Shown here: positions 30,240-39,726 of the stretch, in pieces
How positions within the stretch are numbered: the stretch's first letter is position 1
Layout of the letters: every line of letters begins with the position of its first letter
DNA from: Candidatus Multivoradales bacterium
GTDB lineage: Bacteria; Acidobacteriota; Thermoanaerobaculia; Multivoradales; J023
Length of the DNA: 64,000 nt
Direction of reading: 5' to 3'
NCBI GenBank assembly: GCA_965250305.1
Contig: CBDFNS010000025.1
Location: forward strand, 618,766-682,765
Program-made: the position numbers and the translations under genes
The notes under the pieces: generated by a model
What the model saw: only the letters and a program-made list of their open reading frames with translations
Told to the model about the DNA's origin: nothing
The model's database searches: none

Positions 30240-30367
30240 GGCCGCATATCAAGGCGCATGCAGGGGGACGCCAACACACGTCGACCGGCTTTGGCGACGG
30301 GACGGGCGTTGTCTTCAGTGAATGGCCGAGGTGTTGGGAGGGGCGCCCCTGATGCGTGTCGTTCGAC
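30240..30367 (+). other. attC-like site
   Basis: R'' GCATATC, arms GCATGCAGGGGGACGCC..GGCGCCCCTGATGCG with unpaired bases, R' GTTCGAC at 30361-30367. Confidence 0.75.
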
Positions 30368-30396
30368 CCATTCTCGGATCGTGATGGATACGCGCT

Positions 30397-31263
30397 ATGA
30401 TTGATCAAGACGAGGACAGCGGATTGTCTGAAGAAATCAATCGTCAGATGAATGCTCGGCTTGATGAAATGTCGAAGCGCATCGACCGAATGCAGTCCGC
30501 GATTGATGCGCCGAAGCCCAGAAAGGCTTGGTATCGACCGAGTACACCGGGTGAGTTCATCACCTTCATTGGTATTCCAGCGGCCCTGATCGCGGCTCTG
30601 TGGGGCTTCTACGATGGGGTCTGGCTAAAGCTTCAGCGCCTTGATGCAGCCACGTTGACTGTGGCCCAAGAGCGGCTGGTCGAGCTTCAAGATCTCAGAT
30701 CAGAGATCTTCGTCCTTCAGGCGCGCCAGAACGACGCCGAGATCGCTGCAATACTCGAAGCCAAAGCCAGCCGCCGCGACCGCCTTGTAGAGGAGAGCTT
30801 CCTCTATTGGACCAAGCAGCCGTCCTACTTTTCCAAGAAGGAGACAATCCTATTGGCTGAAGAACTGCAACTGCAGCAGCGTCAGGGAGATGCGCTCACT
30901 GTCGTTGCAAATGTTGAACCCGTTGGCATAATCGAAAGCGCTGACGTGGACCGTTTCAAGGGTAGTCTCTTTGGTACGGAGGGTCCAAGTCAAGATCTTG
31001 ATGCAGCGCGTAAACATTATGAGGCCGCGTTGCAGCACGCATCTCAACATTCTAGCGAAGCGGGCAAGCAGCAGCTTTGGGCAAAGATATCTTACTCTTG
31101 GTTGATCACCGAGCTCTCCAATCGCACCGGCTGTCAGCACGCTGCGCCAGTCGCTGATATCCTCGCTGACCTCTTGGCCGATGATCCAGATGGGTACAAC
31201 CTAGGTGTCCTCGACCCTGAGGCGCGGAAGTTGCTTGAAGTCGAAGCTGCACGATGTGATTGA
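30397..31263 (+). CDS. Hypothetical membrane-anchored helical protein (cassette gene)
   Basis: One TM segment (FITFIGIPAALIAALWGF), coiled-coil/TPR-like remainder; starts 29 nt after R'. Confidence 0.65.
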   Translation: MIDQDEDSGLSEEINRQMNARLDEMSKRIDRMQSAIDAPKPRKAWYRPSTPGEFITFIGIPAALIAALWGFYDGVWLKLQRLDAATLTVAQERLVELQDLRSEIFVLQARQNDAEIAAILEAKASRRDRLVEESFLYWTKQPSYFSKKETILLAEELQLQQRQGDALTVVANVEPVGIIESADVDRFKGSLFGTEGPSQDLDAARKHYEAALQHASQHSSEAGKQQLWAKISYSWLITELSNRTGCQHAAPVADILADLLADDPDGYNLGVLDPEARKLLEVEAARCD

Positions 31264-31334
31264 CCGTGAACCGTCATGGAGATATGAAATCGCATTCGCC
31301 AGTGATGCGCCTCCGTAATGCGTTATGCAAGTTC

Positions 31335-31386
31335 GCCGAACCGAGCGCACGGCGCGGCTCCGGCGCTCAGCCGCGTCGCGTTCGGT
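31335..31386 (+). other. Short or degenerate attC-like site
   Basis: GCCGAAC..GCACGGCGCGGCTCCGGCGCTCAGCCGCGTCGC-GTTCGGT; right part nearly identical to the 16482-16548 site. Confidence 0.55.
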
Positions 31387-31395
31387 AACCCTCGA

Positions 31396-31880
31396 TCACC
31401 CCAACCCCCACCGAACCCCACGCACCAGAGTCCGCGCGAGCATCACCCCATGCACAACCGGCCGCACCATCGGCGGCGAGAGGTGGTAGAGCATGCCGAT
31501 GGGCGCCCTGACCATCCACGACGCCCGCAGTATGGACCGCGCGACGCGGGGCGTGAGTCGGTAGACGACGCGGCGTCTTGCCGAGCCCATGAGGTAGCTG
31601 ACGGCGTTGGCGGCGGCACGTTGGCGCTTCGAGCCTGGTGTGGCCTTTTCGAAGGCGGCGACCTTCTCCAGGATGTCGCGCAGGAAGACACCTTGCTCGG
31701 CGCGTAGCTGGGTGACGAGCTGGCGATTGTCGGGCGCCAGTCGAGCGATCTCCTTGGGCGAGAGGCTGGCGACTTGGACGGCGAGGTCGACGTGGAGCTG
31801 CTCGTGATCACCGAGCGACGTGAGCCGTGCTTCGGCACCGTGCAATGCCCTGCGTAGTGCAGGGTGGTCGTCGCCCGTCG
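31396..31880 (-). pseudogene. Second, diverged remnant of the TraA-like C-terminal tail
   Basis: Homologous to about 24289-24760 (..LGDHEQLHVDLAVQVASL..FLRDILEKVA.FEKATPGSKRQ..). Confidence 0.75.
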
Positions 31881-31939
31881 CAGCCGAAGGGCTGGTCTTG
31901 GCCCGCGACCGACGCGGCGCCAAGGAGGATCGTGCCGAG

Positions 31940-32589
31940 GACGAGCGTTTCGCTTTTTTGGTCTCGAGGTCGAGCTGTGGCGAATCGGCGATTCACCGGC
32001 CGCACCCAAGTTCAACATGGTCGCCAAACCCAATTCCTGGTCACGAGCGGTGCGCGAGGCGGCATCAGGCGTGACGACCGAGCTACAGTCGACCCGTCAT
32101 GCCTTCTGGACAGCCTTTCTGAGCCATCTGCGCGAATCCGGCAGCCGGATCAATGGTCAGCGTACGCCCACCAAGGACGCATGGATGAGCTGGGGCATCG
32201 GTCGTACGGGTTTCTTTCTCGCTACACCCGTCGGCTTTCGCGACGGCTATGTGGGTGCCGAGCTAGCCATCGAGCGAGATCATGAGAGCTTTCATGCGCT
32301 CCAGGCGCGCCAGGGTTCGATCGATGCGGAGCTCGGCGAGCCGCTTTCCTGGGAGTTCGACCCGGATCGCAAGGTTAACTACGCCCGCTTGCGACGTACC
32401 GGAGTCGACCCCGGCGATCGCGAGCAATGGTCTGATCTACACCAGTGGCTGGGCGAGAAGCTCGAAGCCTTGCGCCGAGTCTTCGCACCCCTGGTCGCGA
32501 GGATCGACGAACTCGAGCCGCTCGGCGATCCAGCAGAGGTCACCTCGAATGCGCTTCCGAGGAAGTCTCGCGATGACCGACACCCTTAG
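31940..32589 (+). pseudogene. 5'-truncated DUF4268-domain protein
   Basis: FFGLEVELWRIGDSPAAPKFNMVAKPNSW..FWTAF.. typical of DUF4268 proteins; N-terminus replaced by the TraA remnant. Confidence 0.7.
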
Positions 32590-32745
32590 CTTTCTGACCG
32601 ATCCGACCGAGCTGGTGGTCGATGCCGCGTTGATGGGTTGGCTCGACTACCGTTGTTCGGCGATCCAGACTCGGTCGTGATGTGTTGCAAGTATCGGTCA
32701 AGGTAGCCGCACCACGGAGCCAGACGCGTCCACTTCGACGAAGTA

Positions 32746-33591
32746 TCAGTGAAGCGGGTACGAGACGTTCGCAACCTTCGTGCTCCAGCAGGTGCGGCAG
32801 GAGCCACAAGCCGGCGGTGTCGAATTGGCTGCACGGCAAGTGAAGCCCTGTGCCAGTTCGGGAAAGTAGTGCACTGTGCTGGTCGGTAGATCGAACTCCG
32901 GCGGCAATTCGTCGACCAAGCGTGCGGAAATTCGAATCACCAGGTTTGCTGGCAATGTCGAGGACGACCTGTATTTCTCGACGATTCTCAGCTCCCGTGT
33001 CGGAAGCCAGTGGCGAATCTCGGGGGTCTGTACCGCAACCGCCGCGATCGAGCGGAGCATCTCCACACTCTGAAGATCGCCCGTATCGAACCAGCGGAAG
33101 AACGGCACACCGGTTTCAACCGCTTGCCAATAGACCAGCTTCACCATCGCCGGAACCCACTCTGGATGCGCTGCTCGTTCGAGCCGGCGCGCGTTCGCAT
33201 TCTGCACCTGCGGCATCCGGTATCGGCCCTTGAGCGCGTAGCAACTCGCACATACACTGCCGGCGATATCCACCAGCTTGCCGCCCATGCGGCAGGCCTG
33301 AGCCGGCAGGCCCCAGGCATAGCAGGGCATTTTCGAAGGTCTCGACAGACCGCCAACGATTTCCCACGCTTCTCTCCTCGAAACACGGATAAGGCGGGCG
33401 AGGAAATCGGAGCCGTGCTTGCTCGCCTCGGGAACTGAGGTCTCCAAGATCTGAGATGTCGACGGCCCATGATCGTCGTCGGATGCGGTCTGCACCGAGT
33501 CTCTGCGGCTCCTCCTCCTGCAGGACGACGTCGCGACAGTGAGGTAGTCGAAGATCTTAGGTTCGCGGTCGTTGTTTTGTGTCGTGGCCAT
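32746..33591 (-). CDS. Phage GP88-family protein (start uncertain)
   Basis: GGLS.PSKMP, C..G..L..SVC..CYA.KGRY, FRWFDTGD, HWLPTRE, PANLVIRIS. Confidence 0.75.
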   Translation of the reverse strand: MATTQNNDREPKIFDYLTVATSSCRRRSRRDSVQTASDDDHGPSTSQILETSVPEASKHGSDFLARLIRVSRREAWEIVGGLSRPSKMPCYAWGLPAQACRMGGKLVDIAGSVCASCYALKGRYRMPQVQNANARRLERAAHPEWVPAMVKLVYWQAVETGVPFFRWFDTGDLQSVEMLRSIAAVAVQTPEIRHWLPTRELRIVEKYRSSSTLPANLVIRISARLVDELPPEFDLPTSTVHYFPELAQGFTCRAANSTPPACGSCRTCWSTKVANVSYPLH

Positions 33592-33937
33592 GCGGCCGAG
33601 ACAGCGCGGGGACAGAGGACGCCGGAATAGGGGCTTGCCGATCGGGCCGCCCGATCGGTCGCCTCAGGCGACCCCTTGTAGGCGCCCGACCTTGCGCTAG
33701 GCTGGCCCGGGCCAGGACATCACAACGACGGCGGGCCAGGGGCTATCGTGGAATCGAGCTGCCGGCAGGCCACGCGATCGTCATCGGCGCGATCGTCATC
33801 GGCGCCAGGCACGAGGATTGGAACGACTGGAAACCTCGGCTTCTATCAGGAATCCGGCGCTTCTGAAGCCTTCCGCTATGGGGGACTCATGGGGGAGTGT
33901 CTGTGTTTTTGGCCCCTGACCCGTTGTGGAATCAGCG

Positions 33938-35056
33938 CTACGAGCCCCAACTCAACTTCGGTCCCAGTTTCGCGGCGATCTCTCGCGCATGAGCCTCGAC
34001 AAGATGGGCGTAGCGTTGGGTCGACTGGGGCGAGCGGTGACCGAGTTCACGCCCGACCTCGGCCAAAGTGAGGCCCTCGCGTAGGGCCACCGAAGCATTG
34101 GTGTGACGGAGAGTGTGGAAGACCACGTATGTATCCTCGAGACCCGCGGTACGGCGCACACGGTCCCAGGCGAGTTTGGGAAACGTGATCTGCTTGGTCT
34201 CCGGTGTGGTTCCGGGTGTCGCCATGACCAGCTTGGACTGGAACATGCGCACCTGGAACGCGGCACGCAGGGCGTCGAGTGAATCGCCAGCGGGCACACC
34301 TACCGGCCTCGGATGCCCGTTCTTCGTTTCAAAGAATGTGAGGACGGCACCATCTTCGTAGAACTTGACGTTGTCCCACGTGAGCTTGCCGAGATCGCCT
34401 TGACGGGCGCCGGTCGCCAGGCCAAGGACGATCCAGAGCTCGATTCTCGGGTGCTGGTCCTCGCGGGCGGCGACGACCAGGCGCGTTTGCTCCTCCGCCG
34501 AGAGAACGCGATCGCGCTCTCTTGGCTCGGATCGACGAAGCTGCGCTCCGATCAAAGGGTTGCGTTCAAGTCCGTATGTTCGTTCGCGGACCGCCCAAGA
34601 GAAAACCGCCGAGAGCGCGCTGAGGTAGCGGTTGGAGGTGGCGTTGCTGATCGGCTTGTTGCCATGGCCGCCCTTGCGGAACGCAGCGAGCTCGCGGGCG
34701 ACGTCGGCCGGCTGCAGCATTGCTAGAGCGTAGTCGCCCAATCGCTGCTCCCACCAACGCAAGCTGCGGATACGGTTTCGTTGATCCGGCTTGGCCACCT
34801 TGCGCGTCGCGGTGACGCGTGGGCAACCCTCTTCGATGTAGGCTTCGAGCAGTTGGCCGACGGTCAGGTCGCGGACTTCGGCAGGAACCGCCGAGAGTCG
34901 GCGTTCGTCGATCGCCGCCTCGATTTGGCGCGCCCACTTGACGGCGTCGGCCTTGCGCCTAAATGTGTGAGCCTGGGCCGGGAATCCCTTCACCCGTACC
35001 TGGGCGCGGTAGGTCACCGAACCGTCTCGCTTCTGACGCTTCTCGATGTAGGCCAT
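33938..35056 (-). CDS. Phage-type tyrosine recombinase/integrase
   Basis: N-terminal arm-binding YRAQVRVKG; catalytic TGAR, TKNG, HTLRH, LGH, RYAH. Confidence 0.95.
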   Translation of the reverse strand: MAYIEKRQKRDGSVTYRAQVRVKGFPAQAHTFRRKADAVKWARQIEAAIDERRLSAVPAEVRDLTVGQLLEAYIEEGCPRVTATRKVAKPDQRNRIRSLRWWEQRLGDYALAMLQPADVARELAAFRKGGHGNKPISNATSNRYLSALSAVFSWAVRERTYGLERNPLIGAQLRRSEPRERDRVLSAEEQTRLVVAAREDQHPRIELWIVLGLATGARQGDLGKLTWDNVKFYEDGAVLTFFETKNGHPRPVGVPAGDSLDALRAAFQVRMFQSKLVMATPGTTPETKQITFPKLAWDRVRRTAGLEDTYVVFHTLRHTNASVALREGLTLAEVGRELGHRSPQSTQRYAHLVEAHAREIAAKLGPKLSWGS

Positions 35057-35166
35057 GAGGGAATACTAACATCTCATTCCCCCACTACTCCCCCATTGGG
35101 CTGTCGTGCGCGGTGATGGCTATCAGAAAATTCGAGGTAAAACCTGTTTTTTCAATGAGTTGAAGG

Positions 35167-35242
35167 TGGTAGGCCGTATAGGGATCGAACCTATGACCCG
35201 CGGATTAAAAGTCCGCTGCTCTACCAACTGAGCTAACGGCCC
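35167..35242 (-). tRNA. tRNA-Lys (anticodon UUU), 76 nt with encoded CCA
   Basis: Minus strand reads GGGCCGTTAGCTCAGTTGGTAGAGCAGCGGACTTTTAATCCGCGGGTCATAGGTTCGATCCCTATACGGCCTACCA. Confidence 0.97.
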
Positions 35243-35976
35243 ACCGAGGTCGCGGAGTATATCCATCGAGAGGCCATGGCGGCAATCGTCGCGGGCGGCT
35301 TTGGCGTGGTGGTGGTTGAAGCTTGTCTACTGGTCGTGAGTTCCGACGACATCAGTCGGAAGCTCGTCTGCCCGCGGCAAACCACGTCCAGGCCACCGAC
35401 AAGCTAGCGAATCATCCGTGCCGCGATCCATTGGCTAACCGTTGTGAGTAAAAGGGGCGAGACGGTTACCGAAATCGAAGCGTACTCGATTGGTAGGCCG
35501 CGTATCGCAGGCTGCATGAGGTGGTTGAGCCCCGGCAACTGCATGATGGCGAAATCGCGGTTCTTCCGAAAGGAGAGGACCAGCATGAATCCCGCGAGAT
35601 TCGTTTGCGCGCGCAGGCATGTCCGGTCGTGCGGAAACCGCGCCCGCGGTCGACAAGCGGCTGGCGGCAGCGAGCGCCTCGAGGCTGGCCTCGGGCGGGG
35701 CAGCATGTGTCACCGACGCCAAGGAAAGGATGATCGAGATCGCAGCGGCGAGGACGAAAAACGTGTTCCGCCGTGGGTAACTCGGGTGAGTGATCACAGC
35801 AACAGGTACGCCGACGGTCGGTGTTTGTTGCGTAGCTGTCCGAGGCACCACGGAATGTCCACGGAAGAGAAGAACAACGGTCGTACTCGTAGTCGTCGGT
35901 TTCGGGATACGATGAAGAATCCGTGTCCCAACTTGATTCCCACACAGCCGGCGCCGAGCGCCAGGCTTGTATTCCA

Positions 35977-38900
35977 ATGTCGCGCCGGCACGCGCAAAAG
36001 CTGCGGCTTCCGAGCGACTTGCTTTTGGTATTGCTTCCGTGCCTAGTGTGGCTTCTTTTGCCGTCGCTTGGACGAGCAACCGCGTCAGCGATTCGGTCCG
36101 AGTCGGTGGCTGCCGCGGGGCAGCAGCGCGAGATCGCACCGGGCGAGGAGCACGCGTGGAGCCTGGTGCCCGATCCGCATCGAGCCACGTTGTTGGTGAT
36201 TGAACAGCACTGTGTCGATGTGACGGTCGATGTCGTTGGACCTGATGGGGTTCTCTTGGTTGCGACCGACAGCCCTTTTGATCGCCGGGGTGAAGAGCTG
36301 GTGCTGATCGAGGCTGGCGAGGCCGGCCCGCTGACCATCGCCATTCATGCTCGCGAAGCCGGTGCCCCGACGGGCCGCTACACGATTCGCCGAGAACAAA
36401 TGGATGCGGGTGCCGAGGGTATGGTCGCGCTTCGAGCCATGACCGAGGCCGCTGGCCTCTATCGAGCGGGCACCCACGACGCCTGGCGGGCAGGTATTGT
36501 GGCTTACCAGGTGGCGCGCCGGAACTTTGCCGTGGCGGACCAAGCCCGACACGGCGCCATTTGCGCCTATGCTGCCGCCGTTCTTCTCCGACTGATCGAT
36601 GAGGCTACGCCCGCTCTGGAGACCGCGGAAGCCGCGTTGGCCGCTTGGCGAGAGCAGGGCGATCGAGCATGGGAGGCTAACACCTGGAACGAGATCGGGC
36701 TCGACCGCTGGGCGCTTGGCGAGATCGCTTCTGCGCGGACCGCATTTCACACGGCGCTTGGTCTCTTCGAGGAGGCCGCCGACGCCTATGGGGAGGGCAC
36801 GGCTCGAGCGAATCTTTGCTTGATGCATCTGGTGGCGGGGGAGCTGCGTGCGGGGCTCGTGTGTTACGAGCAAGCATTGCCGATCCTCGCGGCGGTTCAA
36901 GCCACCGAGCTCGAGGCTGCGGCCCTGACCAGTGTGGGGCGCGCCTGGGACGTGATCGGTGAGCCTGGCCGTGCGCGACAGAGCTACCGGCGGGCTTTGG
37001 TGGCCATGGCACGAGCTGGCAACCAACGCGGTGAGGCCCAAGTACAGAATAACCTGGGCGCTCTGCTCCAACAGCGAGGTGATCTCGATGGCGCCTTGGG
37101 GGCATACGATCGTGCCCTCACCACCTTCCGACAGCTCGAAGACCGTCGCTGGCAGGCCCGCGTCCTGGGCAACCTCGGGCGGACCTACTCTGAGTTCGGC
37201 GAGCCGCGTCGCGCAGTGACTTTTCTCGAGCAAGCGTTGGCCGGTTGGCGGGCGGTTGGTGATGTGCGCGGCGAGACCCAAACGCTGTCGAATCTTGGTC
37301 GTGCCCATGCCGTGTTGGGCGAAATCGAAACCGGCGCGCGTTTCCATCGCCAGGCACTGGAGCGGGCTCGCCGCCTCGAGGATCCGCGGGCCGAGGGCAT
37401 CGCTCTGTACGAGCTGGGCCGCGTGGTGGCCCGTCAGGACGAGCCTGAACAGGCTCTGCCGTTGTTCGCCGAAGCCCTCGACCGTTTGGCTGCCGCCGAG
37501 GTGGGTCGAAGCCGAATCAGGGTGCTTCTCGAACGCGGGGGCTTGTGGTTGCGTCTCGATGATCCCGGCTCGGCGCGTCGTGATCTCGAGCAAGCGCTTT
37601 CGACAGCGCGTACCCTGGGTGACGATGCTGCTGAGGCCCAGGCCCATGAATTGTTGGCGCGAACCGCGCGCGCTCGTGGCGACCTCGAGACCGCCCGGAT
37701 CCACGCCGAGCTGGCGGTAGCCGCGATCGAAGGCGCGCGCACCCGCATCGCGCACCCGGACCGGCGTGCTGCCTATGCCAGCATGCAGCCCCGGGCGTAT
37801 GACCTTTTGGTCGATTTGCTTATGACCGCCCATCAGACGGCGCCGAACGCGGGACATGACCGGCGCGCCTTCGAGGTTCGAGAGCAGGGTCGAGCACGAG
37901 GCCTGGTCGAGCTGCTGACCGAGACACGGACGGACGGTGGCCATGCACTGGCGAACGAACACCATGACCTGTTGGAGCGGCTCAGCGCCCGGGCTGAATT
38001 GCGGTCGGGCGGCGACACGGAGCGCGAGACTCAGCGTGTCGAGCAGGCCGAGATCCTCCGCCGACTCGACGTGGTCGAAGCCGAAATTCGCCGCCAGGAT
38101 CCTGCCTGGTCGGCGCTTACGCGACCCGAACCGACAACGGCAGCGGCCATTCAACGCGTTCTGGATCGGGAGTCGCATACGCTGCTGTTGGCGTACCACC
38201 TGGGCGAGTATCGCAGTGTGCTGTGGGCTGTTACCGCCAAGACCTTCACCAGTTTCGAGTTGCCGCCCCGGGCGGCGATCGAGGCCATGGCTCGGGACCT
38301 TCACCCACGGCTCGCCGACGGGGATCCGCGTCAGAGGGCTGCCGAGACTGCGACCATGGTCGCGCTGGGTGAGATGCTGCTTGGACCCGTGGCCGATCGC
38401 TTGGGGACCCAGCCGTTGGCGATTGTTCCCGATGGGGCGCTGCACTTTCTCCCGTGGTCGGCACTGCCGGTGCCCGACCGGTCTGTCAGCGGGTCTGACA
38501 CGGGTCGTGCACCAACCTTGGTGGACGGCCATGCCATTGTGGTGTTGCCTTCGGCGCGGGTACTTGTCGCGCTTCGTCAGCCCGGCCGGCCCCGCGCGAC
38601 GACGAAGCGCATCGCGTTGTTGGCTGATCCTGTATTCGATTCAGGCGACCAGGGGAATGCCGATTTCGGGCCCCTTCCCTGGTCACGAACCGAGGCCGAG
38701 ACCATTGCCAGCTTGGTACCAGCCGAGCAGCGCTGGCTTGCCTTGGGCGCTGACGCCAGTCGTCAAGCGGTCCTCGGTGACGGCCTCGTCGAGTTCCAAA
38801 CTGTCCATTTTGCCACCCATGGTGTTCTCGATGCCGAATATCCGGCGCTCTCTGGATTGGTACTTTCACGAGACGATCAAGCTGACCAGCCCAGCTATGG

Positions 38901-39243
38901 TTTCCTGCCTCTGGCGGAAATCTACGGTTTGCGGCTCAACGCGGACTTGGTGGTCCTTTCAGGTTGCCAGACTGCGCTGGGGCGAGAGATCCGAAGTGAG
39001 GGCCTCGTTGGGCTCACCCGTGGTTTCCTCTACGCCGGGGCATCGCGGGTGGTTGCGAGCCTGTGGCGGGTCGAAGATCGTGCTACGGCCGAGCTCATGA
39101 GTCGATTCTACCGCGCCATGTGGTCCGAAGGTCTGTCGGCCGCCGAGGCCCTGCGGGTCGCCCAGAGGCATGTTCGCGATCAACGACGTTGGCGTGATCC
39201 CTACTACTGGGCGGGGTGGATTTTGGTGGGAGAGGTGCGATAG
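35977..39243 (+). CDS. TPR-CHAT (caspase-like) protease with an N-terminal signal/TM segment
   Basis: Many TPR repeats; CHAT motifs IVPDGALHFLP, HFATHG (His), LVVLSGCQT (Cys), ASLWRVED, PYYWAGW. Confidence 0.9.
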   Translation: MSRRHAQKLRLPSDLLLVLLPCLVWLLLPSLGRATASAIRSESVAAAGQQREIAPGEEHAWSLVPDPHRATLLVIEQHCVDVTVDVVGPDGVLLVATDSPFDRRGEELVLIEAGEAGPLTIAIHAREAGAPTGRYTIRREQMDAGAEGMVALRAMTEAAGLYRAGTHDAWRAGIVAYQVARRNFAVADQARHGAICAYAAAVLLRLIDEATPALETAEAALAAWREQGDRAWEANTWNEIGLDRWALGEIASARTAFHTALGLFEEAADAYGEGTARANLCLMHLVAGELRAGLVCYEQALPILAAVQATELEAAALTSVGRAWDVIGEPGRARQSYRRALVAMARAGNQRGEAQVQNNLGALLQQRGDLDGALGAYDRALTTFRQLEDRRWQARVLGNLGRTYSEFGEPRRAVTFLEQALAGWRAVGDVRGETQTLSNLGRAHAVLGEIETGARFHRQALERARRLEDPRAEGIALYELGRVVARQDEPEQALPLFAEALDRLAAAEVGRSRIRVLLERGGLWLRLDDPGSARRDLEQALSTARTLGDDAAEAQAHELLARTARARGDLETARIHAELAVAAIEGARTRIAHPDRRAAYASMQPRAYDLLVDLLMTAHQTAPNAGHDRRAFEVREQGRARGLVELLTETRTDGGHALANEHHDLLERLSARAELRSGGDTERETQRVEQAEILRRLDVVEAEIRRQDPAWSALTRPEPTTAAAIQRVLDRESHTLLLAYHLGEYRSVLWAVTAKTFTSFELPPRAAIEAMARDLHPRLADGDPRQRAAETATMVALGEMLLGPVADRLGTQPLAIVPDGALHFLPWSALPVPDRSVSGSDTGRAPTLVDGHAIVVLPSARVLVALRQPGRPRATTKRIALLADPVFDSGDQGNADFGPLPWSRTEAETIASLVPAEQRWLALGADASRQAVLGDGLVEFQTVHFATHGVLDAEYPALSGLVLSRDDQADQPSYGFLPLAEIYGLRLNADLVVLSGCQTALGREIRSEGLVGLTRGFLYAGASRVVASLWRVEDRATAELMSRFYRAMWSEGLSAAEALRVAQRHVRDQRRWRDPYYWAGWILVGEVR

Positions 39244-39302
39244 CAAGGGCCTTCGTCCCACTCCATCGATACCGTCAATCAACCGCTACTCGAGGAGACG
39301 AG

Positions 39303-39671
39303 ATGGATATCAGCGACTACTTTGCAACCTATACCGTCCGCACCGACAGCCTGGAAACCCCAGGCTTCCGGTATTCGGGTCCTTCGGTCGCGATCAACGA
39401 CACCATCGTGATTGGCGAGGGACCCTTGAACACAGCCCGCGTGACCTTCAACGACGACCGCCACTTTGATTTCCGGTGGTGCGAAGACAGCAGGACCTTG
39501 TACTACGAACACCGCGTGGAGTTCACCCCGATAGGTGGGACACAGGAAAGCGGGCCCGCGCGCTGTCAGCTTTCCCTGGCCATCGACGGTCAATACAAGA
39601 TGATCTATGCTGGGACCTATGTCGGCGATCCGCAGCAGGTGGGGGTTTGGGGAGCGGACACCGGCGGTTGA
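39303..39671 (+). CDS. Small hypothetical protein (122 aa) in the CHAT/ECF cluster
   Basis: RBS GAGGAG; beta-rich sequence ending ..DPQQVGVWGADTGG. Confidence 0.65.
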   Translation: MDISDYFATYTVRTDSLETPGFRYSGPSVAINDTIVIGEGPLNTARVTFNDDRHFDFRWCEDSRTLYYEHRVEFTPIGGTQESGPARCQLSLAIDGQYKMIYAGTYVGDPQQVGVWGADTGG

Positions 39672-39726
39672 TCAATACCCGACCTTCCTTCGGTTTGCGG
39701 TGATGCATCGCTAGAATAGGGTATCC

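Larger units (their letters stand above)
1..35166. mobile_element. Genomic island integrated at the 3' end of tRNA-Lys; left boundary outside the window
   Basis: Tyrosine integrase immediately beyond the tRNA 3' end; dense IS elements, relaxase remnants and cassette-like cargo to the left; housekeeping-type genes to the right. No second copy of the tRNA 3' end was seen in the window. Confidence 0.8.

Noticed and set aside
33772-33805. 15-bp tandem duplication CGCGATCGTCATCGG
   Set aside because: Two copies only; likely slippage with no functional context.
33938-35056. Integrase as the integron integrase IntI
   Set aside because: It has a phage-type arm-binding N-terminus, no obvious IntI-specific insertion before HxLRH, and sits beside a tRNA.
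31940-35056. Prophage
   Set aside because: Only an integrase and a GP88-like gene; no terminase, capsid, tail or lysis genes.
35435-35800. Possible small secreted protein on the minus strand between the tRNA and the CHAT gene
   Set aside because: Signal-like stretch present but no clear start, RBS or motif.
36085-38532. 815-aa minus-strand ORF and similar long overlapping ORFs (21535-22791, 52266-53486)
   Set aside because: Antisense shadows of well-supported GC-rich genes, with no motifs.
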